IMG/VR virus record: IMGVR_UViG_3300021400_001615
Span: 32,001-96,000 of that record
Source: a virus
Taxonomy: Duplodnaviria; Caudoviricetes
Length of the DNA stretch: 64,000 bases
Reading direction: 5' to 3' (one strand)
Positions 19,554 through 30,515 of the stretch are shown in pieces; positions within the stretch are counted from its first letter, which is position 1; each line of letters starts with the position of its first letter. Below the pieces are notes generated by a model that did not search any database, was not told the origin of the DNA, and was given only the letters and a program-made list of their open reading frames with translations. The position numbers and the translations under genes are program-made.

Positions 19554-20804
19554 TTATAACATCCGAACTAACGTGTTGTACACCGCTCGGTCTGTCACCA
19601 ATGCATTTCTCGCCTCCGTCAATGACATATAACCTTTGATTTCTTTCGGCGTTTTCTGCCGGTTTGCCTTGACATTCTTCCCGGTTCCTCGCAGAACCGT
19701 TTTGTTTGGAAGATTATTAGCACTACCAAGGCCACCGATTTCCTTTTTGCCGGTCATCATTGCCCGAAGAGCATCCATCACGAAGTTGTTTAACTCATTG
19801 ATGTCCTCTTCTACATTGATCACGCCGAGAATGTTGGTTGCCCAACTGTATTCACCATCGCCGACATACAAGAAATTGTTAACAGAATTAAGAGCAGATC
19901 TAAAGGATCTTTTTCCCTTGATCGTTCTATCTTCAATTTCCTTCTGGAATTTTTTGACCCTAGACTTCGACAGCGTGATCATATCTCCCTTGATATTGTA
20001 ACCAAGAAATTTGAACCACCTGTCTGCATACAGATCCTCAACCTTTTTCGGATTGAGTTTCATCTGCATTTTTGCCAGATCTGCCTTTAATATTTCCATT
20101 GCTTTGTCAGCGTCTTCGCCGATGAAGATCATATCATCTGAGTAGCGGACATAATATCCGTTTAACTTACTCAGCTTGTCATCGGTCTCGTACAGCATGA
20201 CATCTGCCAGAAAAGCGGCAACTGCGCAGCCCTGTTTGAGTGATGCGTAATGATTAATCAGATTTCCGTCTATGTCGAAGCACAGATCAGAGTGATAATA
20301 TTTACGCAACACATCGATCACAGGGTCATCGCCGAGACGATCAAACACAGCGTCGATGAATCTAATTGGTACACTGTCGAAGTATTTGCTCAGATCTGCT
20401 TTCCATCCGAGTTTACCTTCGACGCTTTTTGCTTCTTCTACCAATCTATTCACTACCTTGCCGGTTCCAATTCCTTTCTGGTATGAAGTACACGTCCGGT
20501 GTATCATCTCCGGATACATATCAAAAAGGATATCATTGACAACGCTGAGGAAGATCCGGTCGAATGGTTCATTTACATAAACCGTTCGAAAATCCCCGTT
20601 TTCCTTTGGGATCCTAGCTTCATGCGGCGGTGCGATCTCGAATTCACCGGCACGAATTGCTTTGTAAATAGCAAGCCGGGTTTCCGGCGAACACATCTGG
20701 CGCAACTGTGTTTTGCTTATCCCTTTGACCACGCCGGAAGAAATCGCTCTCTCCCAACGTTCCGGATTGAATAGCTGATAAAGAATACTATCAATTATAA
20801 CCAT
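19554..20804 (-). CDS. Reverse transcriptase (unknown-group type)
   Basis: IPKENGDFR, KADLSKYFDSV, LKQG, YVRYSDD, FLGY motifs in order; no fused nuclease or Cas1. Confidence 0.95.
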   Translation of the reverse strand: MVIIDSILYQLFNPERWERAISSGVVKGISKTQLRQMCSPETRLAIYKAIRAGEFEIAPPHEARIPKENGDFRTVYVNEPFDRIFLSVVNDILFDMYPEMIHRTCTSYQKGIGTGKVVNRLVEEAKSVEGKLGWKADLSKYFDSVPIRFIDAVFDRLGDDPVIDVLRKYYHSDLCFDIDGNLINHYASLKQGCAVAAFLADVMLYETDDKLSKLNGYYVRYSDDMIFIGEDADKAMEILKADLAKMQMKLNPKKVEDLYADRWFKFLGYNIKGDMITLSKSRVKKFQKEIEDRTIKGKRSFRSALNSVNNFLYVGDGEYSWATNILGVINVEEDINELNNFVMDALRAMMTGKKEIGGLGSANNLPNKTVLRGTGKNVKANRQKTPKEIKGYMSLTEARNALVTDRAVYNTLVRML

Positions 20805-20926
20805 ATTCTTTTTTCACCTCGTTTAATTTGTTAACAGCATCGAAATAGTTCTCAAAGAACCATACTTTGTAGCCGTAATATACATACCACTGTTCGAGAA
20901 GATCTACGTATTTGATTCCCATCAGA

Positions 20927-22592
20927 TCACCTCCGGTAGCCGAGGATTTTCTCGGCTTCATCTCTCACTGCCATACGCTCCCTTAAAGGAAGCTTGTAGT
21001 AATCCGGGTTGATCTCAAGGCATTTCTGCCGGAAGATCTCCGTTGTGCGGTCATATTCCTTCATGTTGTTCCGGGTTACGTCTTCCCTTACGTTGTATAC
21101 CCATTTCGGATACCATTTAGTAGCCATACTCGTCATCCTCCTCTTCTTCGTCAATCCCGAAGTATCTCATCTCTCTTTCGTCGAGATCAATGTCTTGATC
21201 TTCGAGGAATTCCTCAAGTTCGCCATTGTCGTACATCCATGCGATTGCCTTTTCAGCGATCTCTTTCAGTTTTTCTGCGCTCATTTTTACTACCTCGCTT
21301 TCCTTTAATTATTTATTAGCATAATCTAAAGTTGTTGTCAATAGATTATACTCACAAATAGACACACGACCGAAGTCGCATGCCTAATCTGAGTACAATC
21401 ACCGTCAAGCAGTAGCACCGGCAGCGAATTTCGCCTCGTCGCCGATTACCGGGAGCAGACGCTTTTCTGTATAGGAGATCATCTGGATTTCCCTATTCAA
21501 AATGCCCCGGTAATTATCATCCAGTGCAGCAAGAACCTTCACTGTTGTCTGATCATACTTGCCGAGGAACTTTTTCAGTTCCCTTTTGACAGTATCGTTG
21601 TTTCCGTGCAGGATCAGCATATGGGCAACCAGTTCCATGCGGAACCGAGTAATTCCATAACCTTTGCACCATGCCGGGCAAGCAAGGAGAACCTCAAGGA
21701 CACTCCGGAAAGTATCTCCGTTGTCATTCGTTGTATAGATAATATACTTGGCAAAATCGACATTAGTGATTGCAAGGTTTTTGGCCTTGCCGTCACCCCA
21801 CTTTGACACATTCACATTCATTTCCTTTGTGACTGTGTCAAATACTTTGGATACCCATTCCGGGAAAACCGGCTTTTTGCCGACATGACCGGCAATAGAA
21901 TACTCATAGGGCGAGATCAGGTTGTCCCATTTAGCTTCCATGATTCTCACTTTGTTATCGGCCTCTTTGACTGCCGCGATCACATCATCAAGACCATAAA
22001 GCTTAACCATTTCCATCATTGCCTTCATATTGTTATTGTTCATCATAATAACTACCACCTTTCTTTTATTTGTTTTAATTTAGTCTTTGAGAATTAATAG
22101 CAGAGAAATATGTTATGCAACCTCTCTTCGCTGAGGAATTACGCCATGCCGGAGGCAGATCTCGTCTACCTCATTGTCTGCAAGAATCCGGTTTACCTTA
22201 AGCTCCTTGGAGATAATCCAAGGGTCTTTCTGTTTCGAATTCGTGCGGAAGTAGTACCAACCGTCGAGCAGTTCCCTTGAACCACGCCGGTCTGTGACCG
22301 TAAGCTGATCGCCACGGACTTCGCATTCACACCATACAGTGTCCTTGCGCTGAACCAGGGTGCCATCGGCTTCCCTTTTGCCAATCCAGTCGGTGACCGG
22401 AATTTCGGTACTATGGAAACCGGGACGCAATGCCAGTTTGCCGCCACACCCGGAAGCCTTGACGTGGGTTTCGTCTACCTTTTCTCCGACAGCGGCAGTC
22501 AGCCATTCACCAAGAGGGATTTCCCTCTTGGCTTCTACATACAGCGGATATAACTTTCCGTTTTTTACACGGAATAGTTTGTATGTGAGCAA
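20927..22592 (-). CDS. Hypothetical genes: 20927-21154, 21405-22058, 22113-22592
   Basis: ORF track; RBSs. Confidence 0.7.
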
Positions 22593-22609
22593 ATCATGTC
22601 CTCCTTTAA

Positions 22610-23320
22610 TTAATGCTCGTCAGCATAGCTGCTCTCACCGTATGGGCAACCTCTTCCGGTTTCCTTGCAGATGTCGCAGTTTCCGGGACACTTGTGCATC
22701 TTGGGAGCTTCCTCTCCCTTGAACCTCACGGCGAACACCGGGAAGTTATACGGATTCGGGAACGGTACTACTATATAACTGCCATCTTCAAGCTGCACTT
22801 TCCACTCCGAGAACATAATGGAGAGATTCGACGGGAGATTTTCCTTTCCGTTCTTGTCACACCAAGCATTTACGATCTCGTACATCTTGGTATACGTCCA
22901 GAACCGGAACTTCGGGAATTCCCGGGCAATATGTACCATCTCCTCGAAGTATTCCGCATCGAGGATTTCCCCGGCAACATGCCACCGGAAAAACAGGTTT
23001 TTCTTCCGGTGTTTACATGCCTTGCGGATCTCCGCAAAGTACCTTTCCCTGTCGTGCCGAGCAAGGATCGTGTTGCGGACACGGGCATCAATCACGTTCT
23101 TGTACTGAATGCAAGCCTTGATGTCGTAGCAAATTTCCTTGCAGTGCTTGCAGTTGCCGCAAGTCATCACCGGCATAAGGGACACGTTAAGGACACGTCC
23201 GATCTTCCGGTTTCCTTTGGAAATGGAGATCTTTACAGCGCCGAGTCCTTTCTCACGGTACATAGCCGTGAGTTTTACTGCGTTATCAATAACCTTTTTA
23301 ATTGTTTCCGGTTTGTACAT
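22610..23320 (-). CDS. Phage Gp88-like protein
   Basis: GNxKIG, TCxxC..C...CY, FRWHVAGEI, WTYTK, C-terminal CPG.C..C. Confidence 0.65.
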   Translation of the reverse strand: MYKPETIKKVIDNAVKLTAMYREKGLGAVKISISKGNRKIGRVLNVSLMPVMTCGNCKHCKEICYDIKACIQYKNVIDARVRNTILARHDRERYFAEIRKACKHRKKNLFFRWHVAGEILDAEYFEEMVHIAREFPKFRFWTYTKMYEIVNAWCDKNGKENLPSNLSIMFSEWKVQLEDGSYIVVPFPNPYNFPVFAVRFKGEEAPKMHKCPGNCDICKETGRGCPYGESSYADEH

Positions 23321-23339
23321 AATATACTCCTTTAATTAT

Positions 23340-26291
23340 TTAATTCTCAAATAATTCTCTCCACATCTCGGCATATTCCTTTTCCGTTGCAAAAAGGAAG
23401 TATACGCCACCGATGTTTCCCATATACCCGGATGCAACCGGGTATCCTTTCATTTCCATTTTTTACTACCTACCTTTCCAACCGGATGATCACCACACCG
23501 TCTTCCGGGCTAAACACGGTGGACGTAGTTGTAGTAATCGAATAGTACCGGTTTCCTTTGACTTCCTTTGTGCGGCACTCTGCCTTGCGGATGTAGTGCA
23601 GAATATCGTGCAATACTTCCGGATCATCCGGCACATCATATCCGGCATTAATCAGCCCTTTGACAATATCCCGGGCGAGCGACTCCGTTTTCCTCTGCCT
23701 TTCTGTAGCAAAGAACACGTCTTTGCCTTTGAAAAAGAACGTAAATCCTTTCATTTCTTTTCCTCCTTTTGTTAAATTCATGGTTACAATAATGCCCACA
23801 AAAGACTCAATTTCCCTTGTGGACACAATCTAATCATGAATTATTTATTGTTCTTCCATTCTTCAATGGCAGCATAAATATCGCTTGTCCATACTTCCAT
23901 TTAATCATCTCCTTTCATTACAAATTTATTGACTTCCGGGCTTCCGACCAAACATAGTTCACAGTATATGCCGGAATTCCCCTCACGACTTCCGCCGGGA
24001 GATTTTCCTTGTTATCACCGTACACAGACAGTAATTCGCATGCGGTGACAAACAATTTTCGTAATATGGGATCGTATTCAAATGCCTTTGGCCAGGCTCT
24101 CATAATTTCACCCCCTTTTTTCCCTCATCACAAACTGGATGAAGTCTTCGACCTGCCCTGTCTGCCGGAGAAACTTTGCGGCATAATCCGCAATCATATT
24201 CTCAATCTCGGAAAGATTTAATCCCGCCCACGGGTCTTCTGGTTCCTCATTGTAGAAGAGAATAATCTCTTCTACATAGTCATCCGGCTCCGGCATGACA
24301 ACTTCCTCTTCCGGACGCAGGTTTTTTCCGGCACGGCGGTTCTTCCGGGTGTACGCCTTAGCGCCTTTGCTATACTCACGGAACCCGGTATCATGCACGT
24401 TGCCGTGCTTATCGATGAAATCAAAGGAATACTCAGCCTTCTCCTGCATCCGTCTCTTTGCACGTCGAGTCGCCTTGCGGCGGTCTGCACGGTTGCCTGA
24501 TCGCCGAGTTCCTCTGTATTCCAGTTCATCCGCCGGATCCTCAAACATTTCTCCAACCGTCTTGATTTTAAACATAGTTTTCCTCCTGTTTAATTATTTT
24601 CTTCGATGATAGTATCGTTGTCGATGACATAGTATTCGATCCATTCTATATCATCATAACTGCCCGGCACGTACAGTGCATATGTACACACTATTTCTCC
24701 GGGATTGATAAACTCCGGATAGTGAATATAATCATACTCACTATCTGTGTTTATAATTTGCCCATTCCCATCAGCATCCAAGCACACGCCTATGATGCGC
24801 TCGGCAATTCGGGCGTTGCCAACAAGTTGCGCCATTGTAAGATCATCGGTATCTACAAAGGTGATACCGTCAATTCCACAGCGTTCGGCAAAGTCCTCCT
24901 CCAGTTCAAGACCGGAGGAATAATCTTCGTACCAGTCACCGGATAACTCAGCTGCCGGGATCGGCGACACGAAACAAAGTGCCGCCATTGCTACCGCTCC
25001 GGTGAGAACGGTAGCGGCAAAAATCTTGTCGTTACTCTTCATACTCATCCTCCTCCCAGTCTTCGTCTATAGAAAGTAATTCTACATCCTGCCCGAATTT
25101 GGTCCAGACAGTACCGGCATTATACGCCAGACCGTCTTCTGTGAATTCCTGACGGACAATGTACGCATCGCCGCCGGTATTCTCCGCAAGGAAAGCTTCT
25201 GCAATCCTTCTGAGAATATCCTCGTTGTTGGCAATCTCTGTACGACTCACGCCGCAATAATTGCCATCTGACAGGCCCTCCCTGTCATAGGTGCCGCCGG
25301 AAGCATGCTGACGGCGTTGATAAACTCTGAGATATTGCCAGTGCCAGCCTTAAACATGTCAAACGCCATGCCAACTTCGCCGAGAACCTGTACCCGACGA
25401 TGATGGATCCTGGCGTGAGAGTCGGCGATTGCCATGTTTACGGAGTCTGGCAGAATGCCAGCTATCCCGTTGGAAATAGCTTCGATGTTGGCAAGCTCCA
25501 CACGGTTCTTGCCATCAATTTTGCGTGCTTTAGCCGTCTTGATTTGGACGGGCGTTCTTGTCAGGCTCATGATATCCTCCAGTACCCACTATCAGCCGGA
25601 ACTTTCCCGTTGTCCGCCACCCACGACGTGGACGTTGTGGTTTTCGGGTGGCATGGGGGAAGGCTTACGCCTTCTTATTCCCCTTTTTCGCCTTGGGAGC
25701 ATATTTCTCAGCCATGATGGGCGGGACCTGCTGCTTTTTGATAGTTCCGGCGTTGACCATAGCTTCATAGGTCTTCATGAAGACCATCTTGTAGCAGTTA
25801 TTGCCGTTGAAACTAGTCACGCAGGAACCCTCGGTGCGGACGAACTTCTTAACATCACCACGCTCACCGGCGGCATTCAGAATCTCCGGCACAAGGTAGC
25901 TACCGTCAACGTCGAGATTATAGGCGTTGAACCAGTCGATGATTGCATCCTCAGCAGTTTTGCCAGCCTTGCCCTTTGCAAAGTCCGCAAGAGCTTTTTT
26001 TAGGGTCTTGTCAGCTTCGGTCGGCGCATAGGTGGCTTCAGCTTTGATCTGATCCTTGCGCTCTTTGTCGAGCTGGGCAATCCGAGCTTCAAACGTGGTG
26101 CGCATCATGGGAATATTGTCCTCAAGACAGGAACCCCTCAGTTTTTCGAGTGCGGCAATGCCCGTTTCAATCTCTTCCTGCTCAGCCTTGAACTTGAGAT
26201 TGATTTCAGAACGCCACACAAAGCATCTCATAAAGTCAACAACCGCAACCGCAAGTTTCTTGTCACCCTTGAACCAGTCAATCCTCTTCAT
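23340..26291 (-). CDS. Earliest leftward hypothetical genes: 23340-23459, 23470-23826, 23918-24103, 24108-24575, 24590-25048, 25032-25250, 25247-25570, 25665-26291
   Basis: Tandem ORFs; 23470-23826 ends in TAG overlapping the RBS of the next 39-aa ORF. Confidence 0.7.
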
Positions 26292-26886
26292 AAGTAACCT
26301 CTTTCTCCCCTAGTAACACCCATGGGGGCCGGGCATTTAATTATTTGCTTGCGCTACTCTCATTTTCTCAGCCGGGCTTGTAACCGTCCTAGGCATGATT
26401 ATCGCTTTAGCTGTGGGCTCACCGGGCGCTTCGGTCACCCGGTACTAGAGCGCTACCTCTAGTCTTTCCGGTTTTTTTAAGAGACCGAAAACTCCCTCCC
26501 ACCAGTAGACACCCCTCTTGCTAGTGGGTAAGTGGTCGATTAATCCTCCGGCTGGTTCGGTTTATTCCCTACGTTCTTCCGGGTTGCGCTCCCCCTGCCC
26601 CTGCGGCATTATCCGCTCGTTATCTAGGGCAAGGCGCTATATAGACACCACCTTTATGTATAATCCGGCTTCACTTTTTGCCGTACTTTTTCCGGGGACA
26701 TGGCTTCTACCCGGTTACTGTCGTATTTTTAGCCCATTTCGCCCATTTTTCCCATAATTACAGAATGAGCTAAACTGTGTGCGTCACCACCTTTGAAATA
26801 ATACCAGTCGATAAGTTTCATAGCCCCCCTGAGAGGGTCGCCCCAATCGGTAGCCCCTGAGAGCCGTTCCGTTTGGAACTGTCACC

Positions 26887-26932
26887 ATTAAAGCACATAA
26901 AAACTGAATGTCAAATTGCCAAACAAGTGTTC
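26887..26932 (-). promoter_or_regulatory. Sigma-A-type leftward promoter with adjacent LexA-type box
   Basis: TTGACA (26914-26909), TGcTTTAAT; GAACACTTGTTT at 26932-26921. Confidence 0.55.
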
Positions 26933-27631
26933 TTCAAAATGTCGTTTTTCCCCGTACTTTCGGCACTTTTCCACAAATTATAGTTTATAGAAAAGTCACA
27001 TAATGAGCATGTGACCCGGGTATTTATAGCGAAAACGCGCCAGAAAAAAACGTTTTCGCCTAGAGCTACTCCATCCCCACACCACTAAAAATTTTTGCAC
27101 ATCCTCGCTCACCAATTCCCCAACTAAACCCCGCCCCACCACACAAAATCCGGCAATCGAGGAAAGCATCGCAGCAAAATCCCATCCACAAATACAAAAT
27201 ATATTTAACATCCCAGATACCCTCCCGGGGTATTTCCAGCCAAACACTACTTCGCCATATATAAACCCCCTTTACAAAACGAAATACACGCCATCCAAAG
27301 TGGCCGCCAAAAATCTTGGCGCGTACATAAACGTAAATCGGCCACGCTATCAAAATGTAGTAGCGTATAATTCCGCCCAATAACCTTCCATGCCCATAAA
27401 TTTTCCGCTACCCAATTCACCACACTTTTCCTCGCTATTAATAAAAATCATAGCCTAGATTATTTCATAACATATATTTTGAGTTATCCTTCATTTAATT
27501 AATAGATTTAGTATTATATTTTGTTAATTGGATGGGATGCGAAGCGTCGCAGACAATTAACTCGCAAGCCCCAAGAGTGGGGCGCTCCTGAAGCGAAGCG
27601 AAAGGATGCGAAAGGGGTTGATCTCTTTATG

Positions 27632-27680
27632 TTGACATTCTCTAAAATGTTTGATATCTTCTCAATTAAATAATTAATCA
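27632..27680 (+). promoter_or_regulatory. Rightward sigma-A-type promoter followed by TAAATAATTAA motif
   Basis: TTGACA 27632, TGaTATCTT -10. Confidence 0.55.
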
Positions 27681-27706
27681 TTAATAGCAGAGAAAGGGGT
27701 ACGCTT

Positions 27707-28258
27707 ATGGCAATCCTGCAAAATCCTATGTCATTAGTAAATACTGATACCGGAGAGATCCTGGATGAATTTCATATTGGTGATAAACTATCAATACAAA
27801 GATCTGAGCAGATGGATTATGTTAAAACACATATACAGAATTTCAATTCCGACAAATCATTTATTAAAATATATGATGACGTTGTTCCACTGCTTGAAAA
27901 ATACCTGACAAATCCAGAATTCAAATTTGCAATCATTCTCAGTCCGCATGTTTCATATGAAGACTGTGTAATCAGGGAAACTACTAACCGCAAAAGTAAA
28001 ATATTAACTATAGCTGATATTGCCGAAATACATGGTTATAAATATGATTATGCTAAAAAAATAATGGCCTCATTAAAACATAAGGGTGTAATTGGTAAAC
28101 ATGACACCGGCAGCATCATCCCAGATGTCAATGACAACAAAATAGCTTATACAGTAAATCCCTATATTTATTTCCGTGGCAATAATATAAACAAGACAAT
28201 ATATTCATTTTATGAAAGCAGCGGATGGCGAGAATTACTCTCTGGCAAAAATAATTGA
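27707..28258 (+). CDS. RepL-like/HTH DNA-binding protein
   Basis: HTH-like segment and C-terminal YTVNPYIYFRG. Confidence 0.55.
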   Translation: MAILQNPMSLVNTDTGEILDEFHIGDKLSIQRSEQMDYVKTHIQNFNSDKSFIKIYDDVVPLLEKYLTNPEFKFAIILSPHVSYEDCVIRETTNRKSKILTIADIAEIHGYKYDYAKKIMASLKHKGVIGKHDTGSIIPDVNDNKIAYTVNPYIYFRGNNINKTIYSFYESSGWRELLSGKNN

Positions 28259-28546
28259 AAATTTCCTCCCACTACGTTCATAAGAATAAGAGGGAATCCC
28301 CTCCGAAAAAATGCCATTTCACCATTAATTTTTCAGCGTTATATTGAGGTCACTGGGGGGGACTATTTGTCCCTTTTTTTGCCAAAAAGGGGGTCATATA
28401 GTAACTGCACTACTTTAACGTGTTAAAGTGTTAAGGGAATTAATAGTCCCTAAAGGGAATTTTTTGGCAACCTCTTGACAAACTTTCCCGCTGATGATAG
28501 TATGATAATGTACCTTTAATTATTTAATTTAGAAAGGAGATTTACA

Positions 28547-29749
28547 ATGCAAGTCCCACAGAAGACGCAGGAACAGGTTGCACGGGAAGTTGTCCCATTT
28601 TATGGTGACCAGCTTATTGCAATTAAAGACAATGACGGTGAAATTTGGGCGGTTATGAACGACATCCTTCGCAACATAGGATTTGCCGACCAGAAAGTTA
28701 ATGATCAGCGCCGCAGTTTGGTAAATGATATTGTAATCAGTAAGTGGGTGAAAATTTTCACCCTCCCCTACCAGGGTACTTTTCGGGAAACAAACTGTAT
28801 TAATAGAAGGGCCATTCCACTTGCCCTCGCCAAAATTTCAATTACGCCAACCATGCGGCGTGACCAGCCAGAACTGGTTTCTAAGCTGATCAGGTACCAG
28901 GAAGAATGTGCCGATGTCTTATACAATCATTTTATGAATAAAAACAATCAGGATATGCCGATTACCAGAGAAGAACTCTCCCTCTTCTTAATGGAAACGA
29001 CAAGACTACTGCATCAGCATATTGACTGGATTGAAAAAAGAGACAAAGAGCGTGATGCTTCTATTAATAATATGGTAGATGTCATTAAAATGTTGGCATC
29101 AAACAGAACCGAGCCTTCAACAACTCAGATTCCAAAATTGAGCGCTTTGGACAGAATCAAGTTGGGTTCTGAAGAAGATAAAATTGATCAGCGTAAATGG
29201 CTGCAAGATGTTTGGGCAAACGTTCGCAAGGTCGCCGAAAGAACCGGTTGGAGTACTACAAATGTTTTCAAGAAGGTATATGCAATAATGGACGAGAATG
29301 GCGCGGATACACTCGGCAAATACAAAGTTTATCATTCCAAAACCGGGAAGTCTAAGATTAACATGTGTGCAGAAAACGCATTCCTCCGCAATGATTTTAA
29401 GAAAAGTCTTCTTAAATTAATTAAGGATATTTTCCCGGAAATATATGGAGAAAAGCCGACATCAAAAACTTCAGCAACGAAAAAAATTTCGCCCTCAAGA
29501 AAAATGCTTATGGTCCCGGCGAATGTAAAAGAATTAATTAAAGAATATTCTACTGCTAATAATATCTCTTATACTAAGGCTCAGTTTGAGATTTATGGCA
29601 AGATTGAAAAAGCGAAAAAAGTAAAGATTAATAATCTCGCCATGGCATACGCAAAATCCAACGGATATTCCAACTGCTCAATTGGGTATTATGTTTCTAT
29701 TAATAATGAAATGATGAAACTTTTGAAAAATATAGTTAGGGGTAAATAA
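28547..29749 (+). CDS. Phage antirepressor-like protein (P22 AR N-terminal domain)
   Basis: VPFYGDQLIA...LAKIS...KLIRYQEECADVLYNHF. Confidence 0.75.
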   Translation: MQVPQKTQEQVAREVVPFYGDQLIAIKDNDGEIWAVMNDILRNIGFADQKVNDQRRSLVNDIVISKWVKIFTLPYQGTFRETNCINRRAIPLALAKISITPTMRRDQPELVSKLIRYQEECADVLYNHFMNKNNQDMPITREELSLFLMETTRLLHQHIDWIEKRDKERDASINNMVDVIKMLASNRTEPSTTQIPKLSALDRIKLGSEEDKIDQRKWLQDVWANVRKVAERTGWSTTNVFKKVYAIMDENGADTLGKYKVYHSKTGKSKINMCAENAFLRNDFKKSLLKLIKDIFPEIYGEKPTSKTSATKKISPSRKMLMVPANVKELIKEYSTANNISYTKAQFEIYGKIEKAKKVKINNLAMAYAKSNGYSNCSIGYYVSINNEMMKLLKNIVRGK

Positions 29750-29750
29750 T

Positions 29751-30509
29751 ATGAGCAAATACTATATTTCTAATAATATTCGATTTATACAGGGTCTTGG
29801 CAACTTAATGGATAATCCTACATCTGCCACTCATATGCAGCACAATGACGCGCAAAGGTATATTAGCATGCATCCGGATCATATGATGGTTAGAGTTGGA
29901 AAGAAACGTAGATATATTATTTCTACAAATCAGAAGTATGTCGGCAAAAATGGCGAAATAGTCAACAATATGTCTTCTGCTATTAATTTCGGCTCCCAGG
30001 ATGAGGCATTTTCTTATATTGATAATAATAGCGAAATCTGTGCTAAACTTGGCGATGCGTTTGTAATAGACGAAAATTTCAAAAAGATTCATAGAGAAAA
30101 AACAGTCAAACCGCAGCAGCCAAAGAAAAGCGCTAACGAGAATTCTGCGCAAAGAATTATATTTTCAAAGCAAACACGGCAGACAGTCTTGACTAACTAT
30201 AATTACACATGCCCAATTTGCGGCAAAACACTTTCTGCCGGAGACGTAACAATTGATCATATAGTTCCGCTTTCCAGAGGTGGCACAAATAGCTTGGATA
30301 ATTTAAGGCCAGTTCACTCTATGTGTAACCATATGAAAAACAATTGTACAGATGATGAATTCTACGGCGGAGTTGCTGACATTGCATGTAATTATTTGTA
30401 TAATTCGCCGCAATCAGAAATGGCAATGCGTATTATACGCAGTATGGTCAGGGGGACAATTCAAAATAAACCCGACTATTTTGGCGCTAATAATATTAGA
30501 GGGGTGTGA
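29751..30509 (+). CDS. HNH endonuclease
   Basis: CPICG...TIDHIVPLSRGGTN...NL...CNHMK. Confidence 0.9.
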   Translation: MSKYYISNNIRFIQGLGNLMDNPTSATHMQHNDAQRYISMHPDHMMVRVGKKRRYIISTNQKYVGKNGEIVNNMSSAINFGSQDEAFSYIDNNSEICAKLGDAFVIDENFKKIHREKTVKPQQPKKSANENSAQRIIFSKQTRQTVLTNYNYTCPICGKTLSAGDVTIDHIVPLSRGGTNSLDNLRPVHSMCNHMKNNCTDDEFYGGVADIACNYLYNSPQSEMAMRIIRSMVRGTIQNKPDYFGANNIRGV

Positions 30510-30515
30510 TGTGTA

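Noticed and set aside
18999-20804. RT as a diversity-generating retroelement
   Set aside because: I found no template/variable repeat pair differing at adenines in this window, and the RT has QGCAVAA rather than the DGR-type GxxxSQ. A distant target outside the window cannot be excluded.
18999-20804. RT as a group II intron
   Set aside because: No recognisable domain V/VI after the ORF and no interrupted host gene; the downstream DNA is a repeated unit instead.
21349-21395. TACTCA...TGAGTA hairpin as a fifth RT unit
   Set aside because: Short, lacks the ACAAG, TTTA and AGAAA flanks, and follows a stop codon; more likely a terminator or promoter-associated stem.
26518-27380. ORFs in the strand-switch region
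   Set aside because: No RBS and atypical composition; treated as non-coding.
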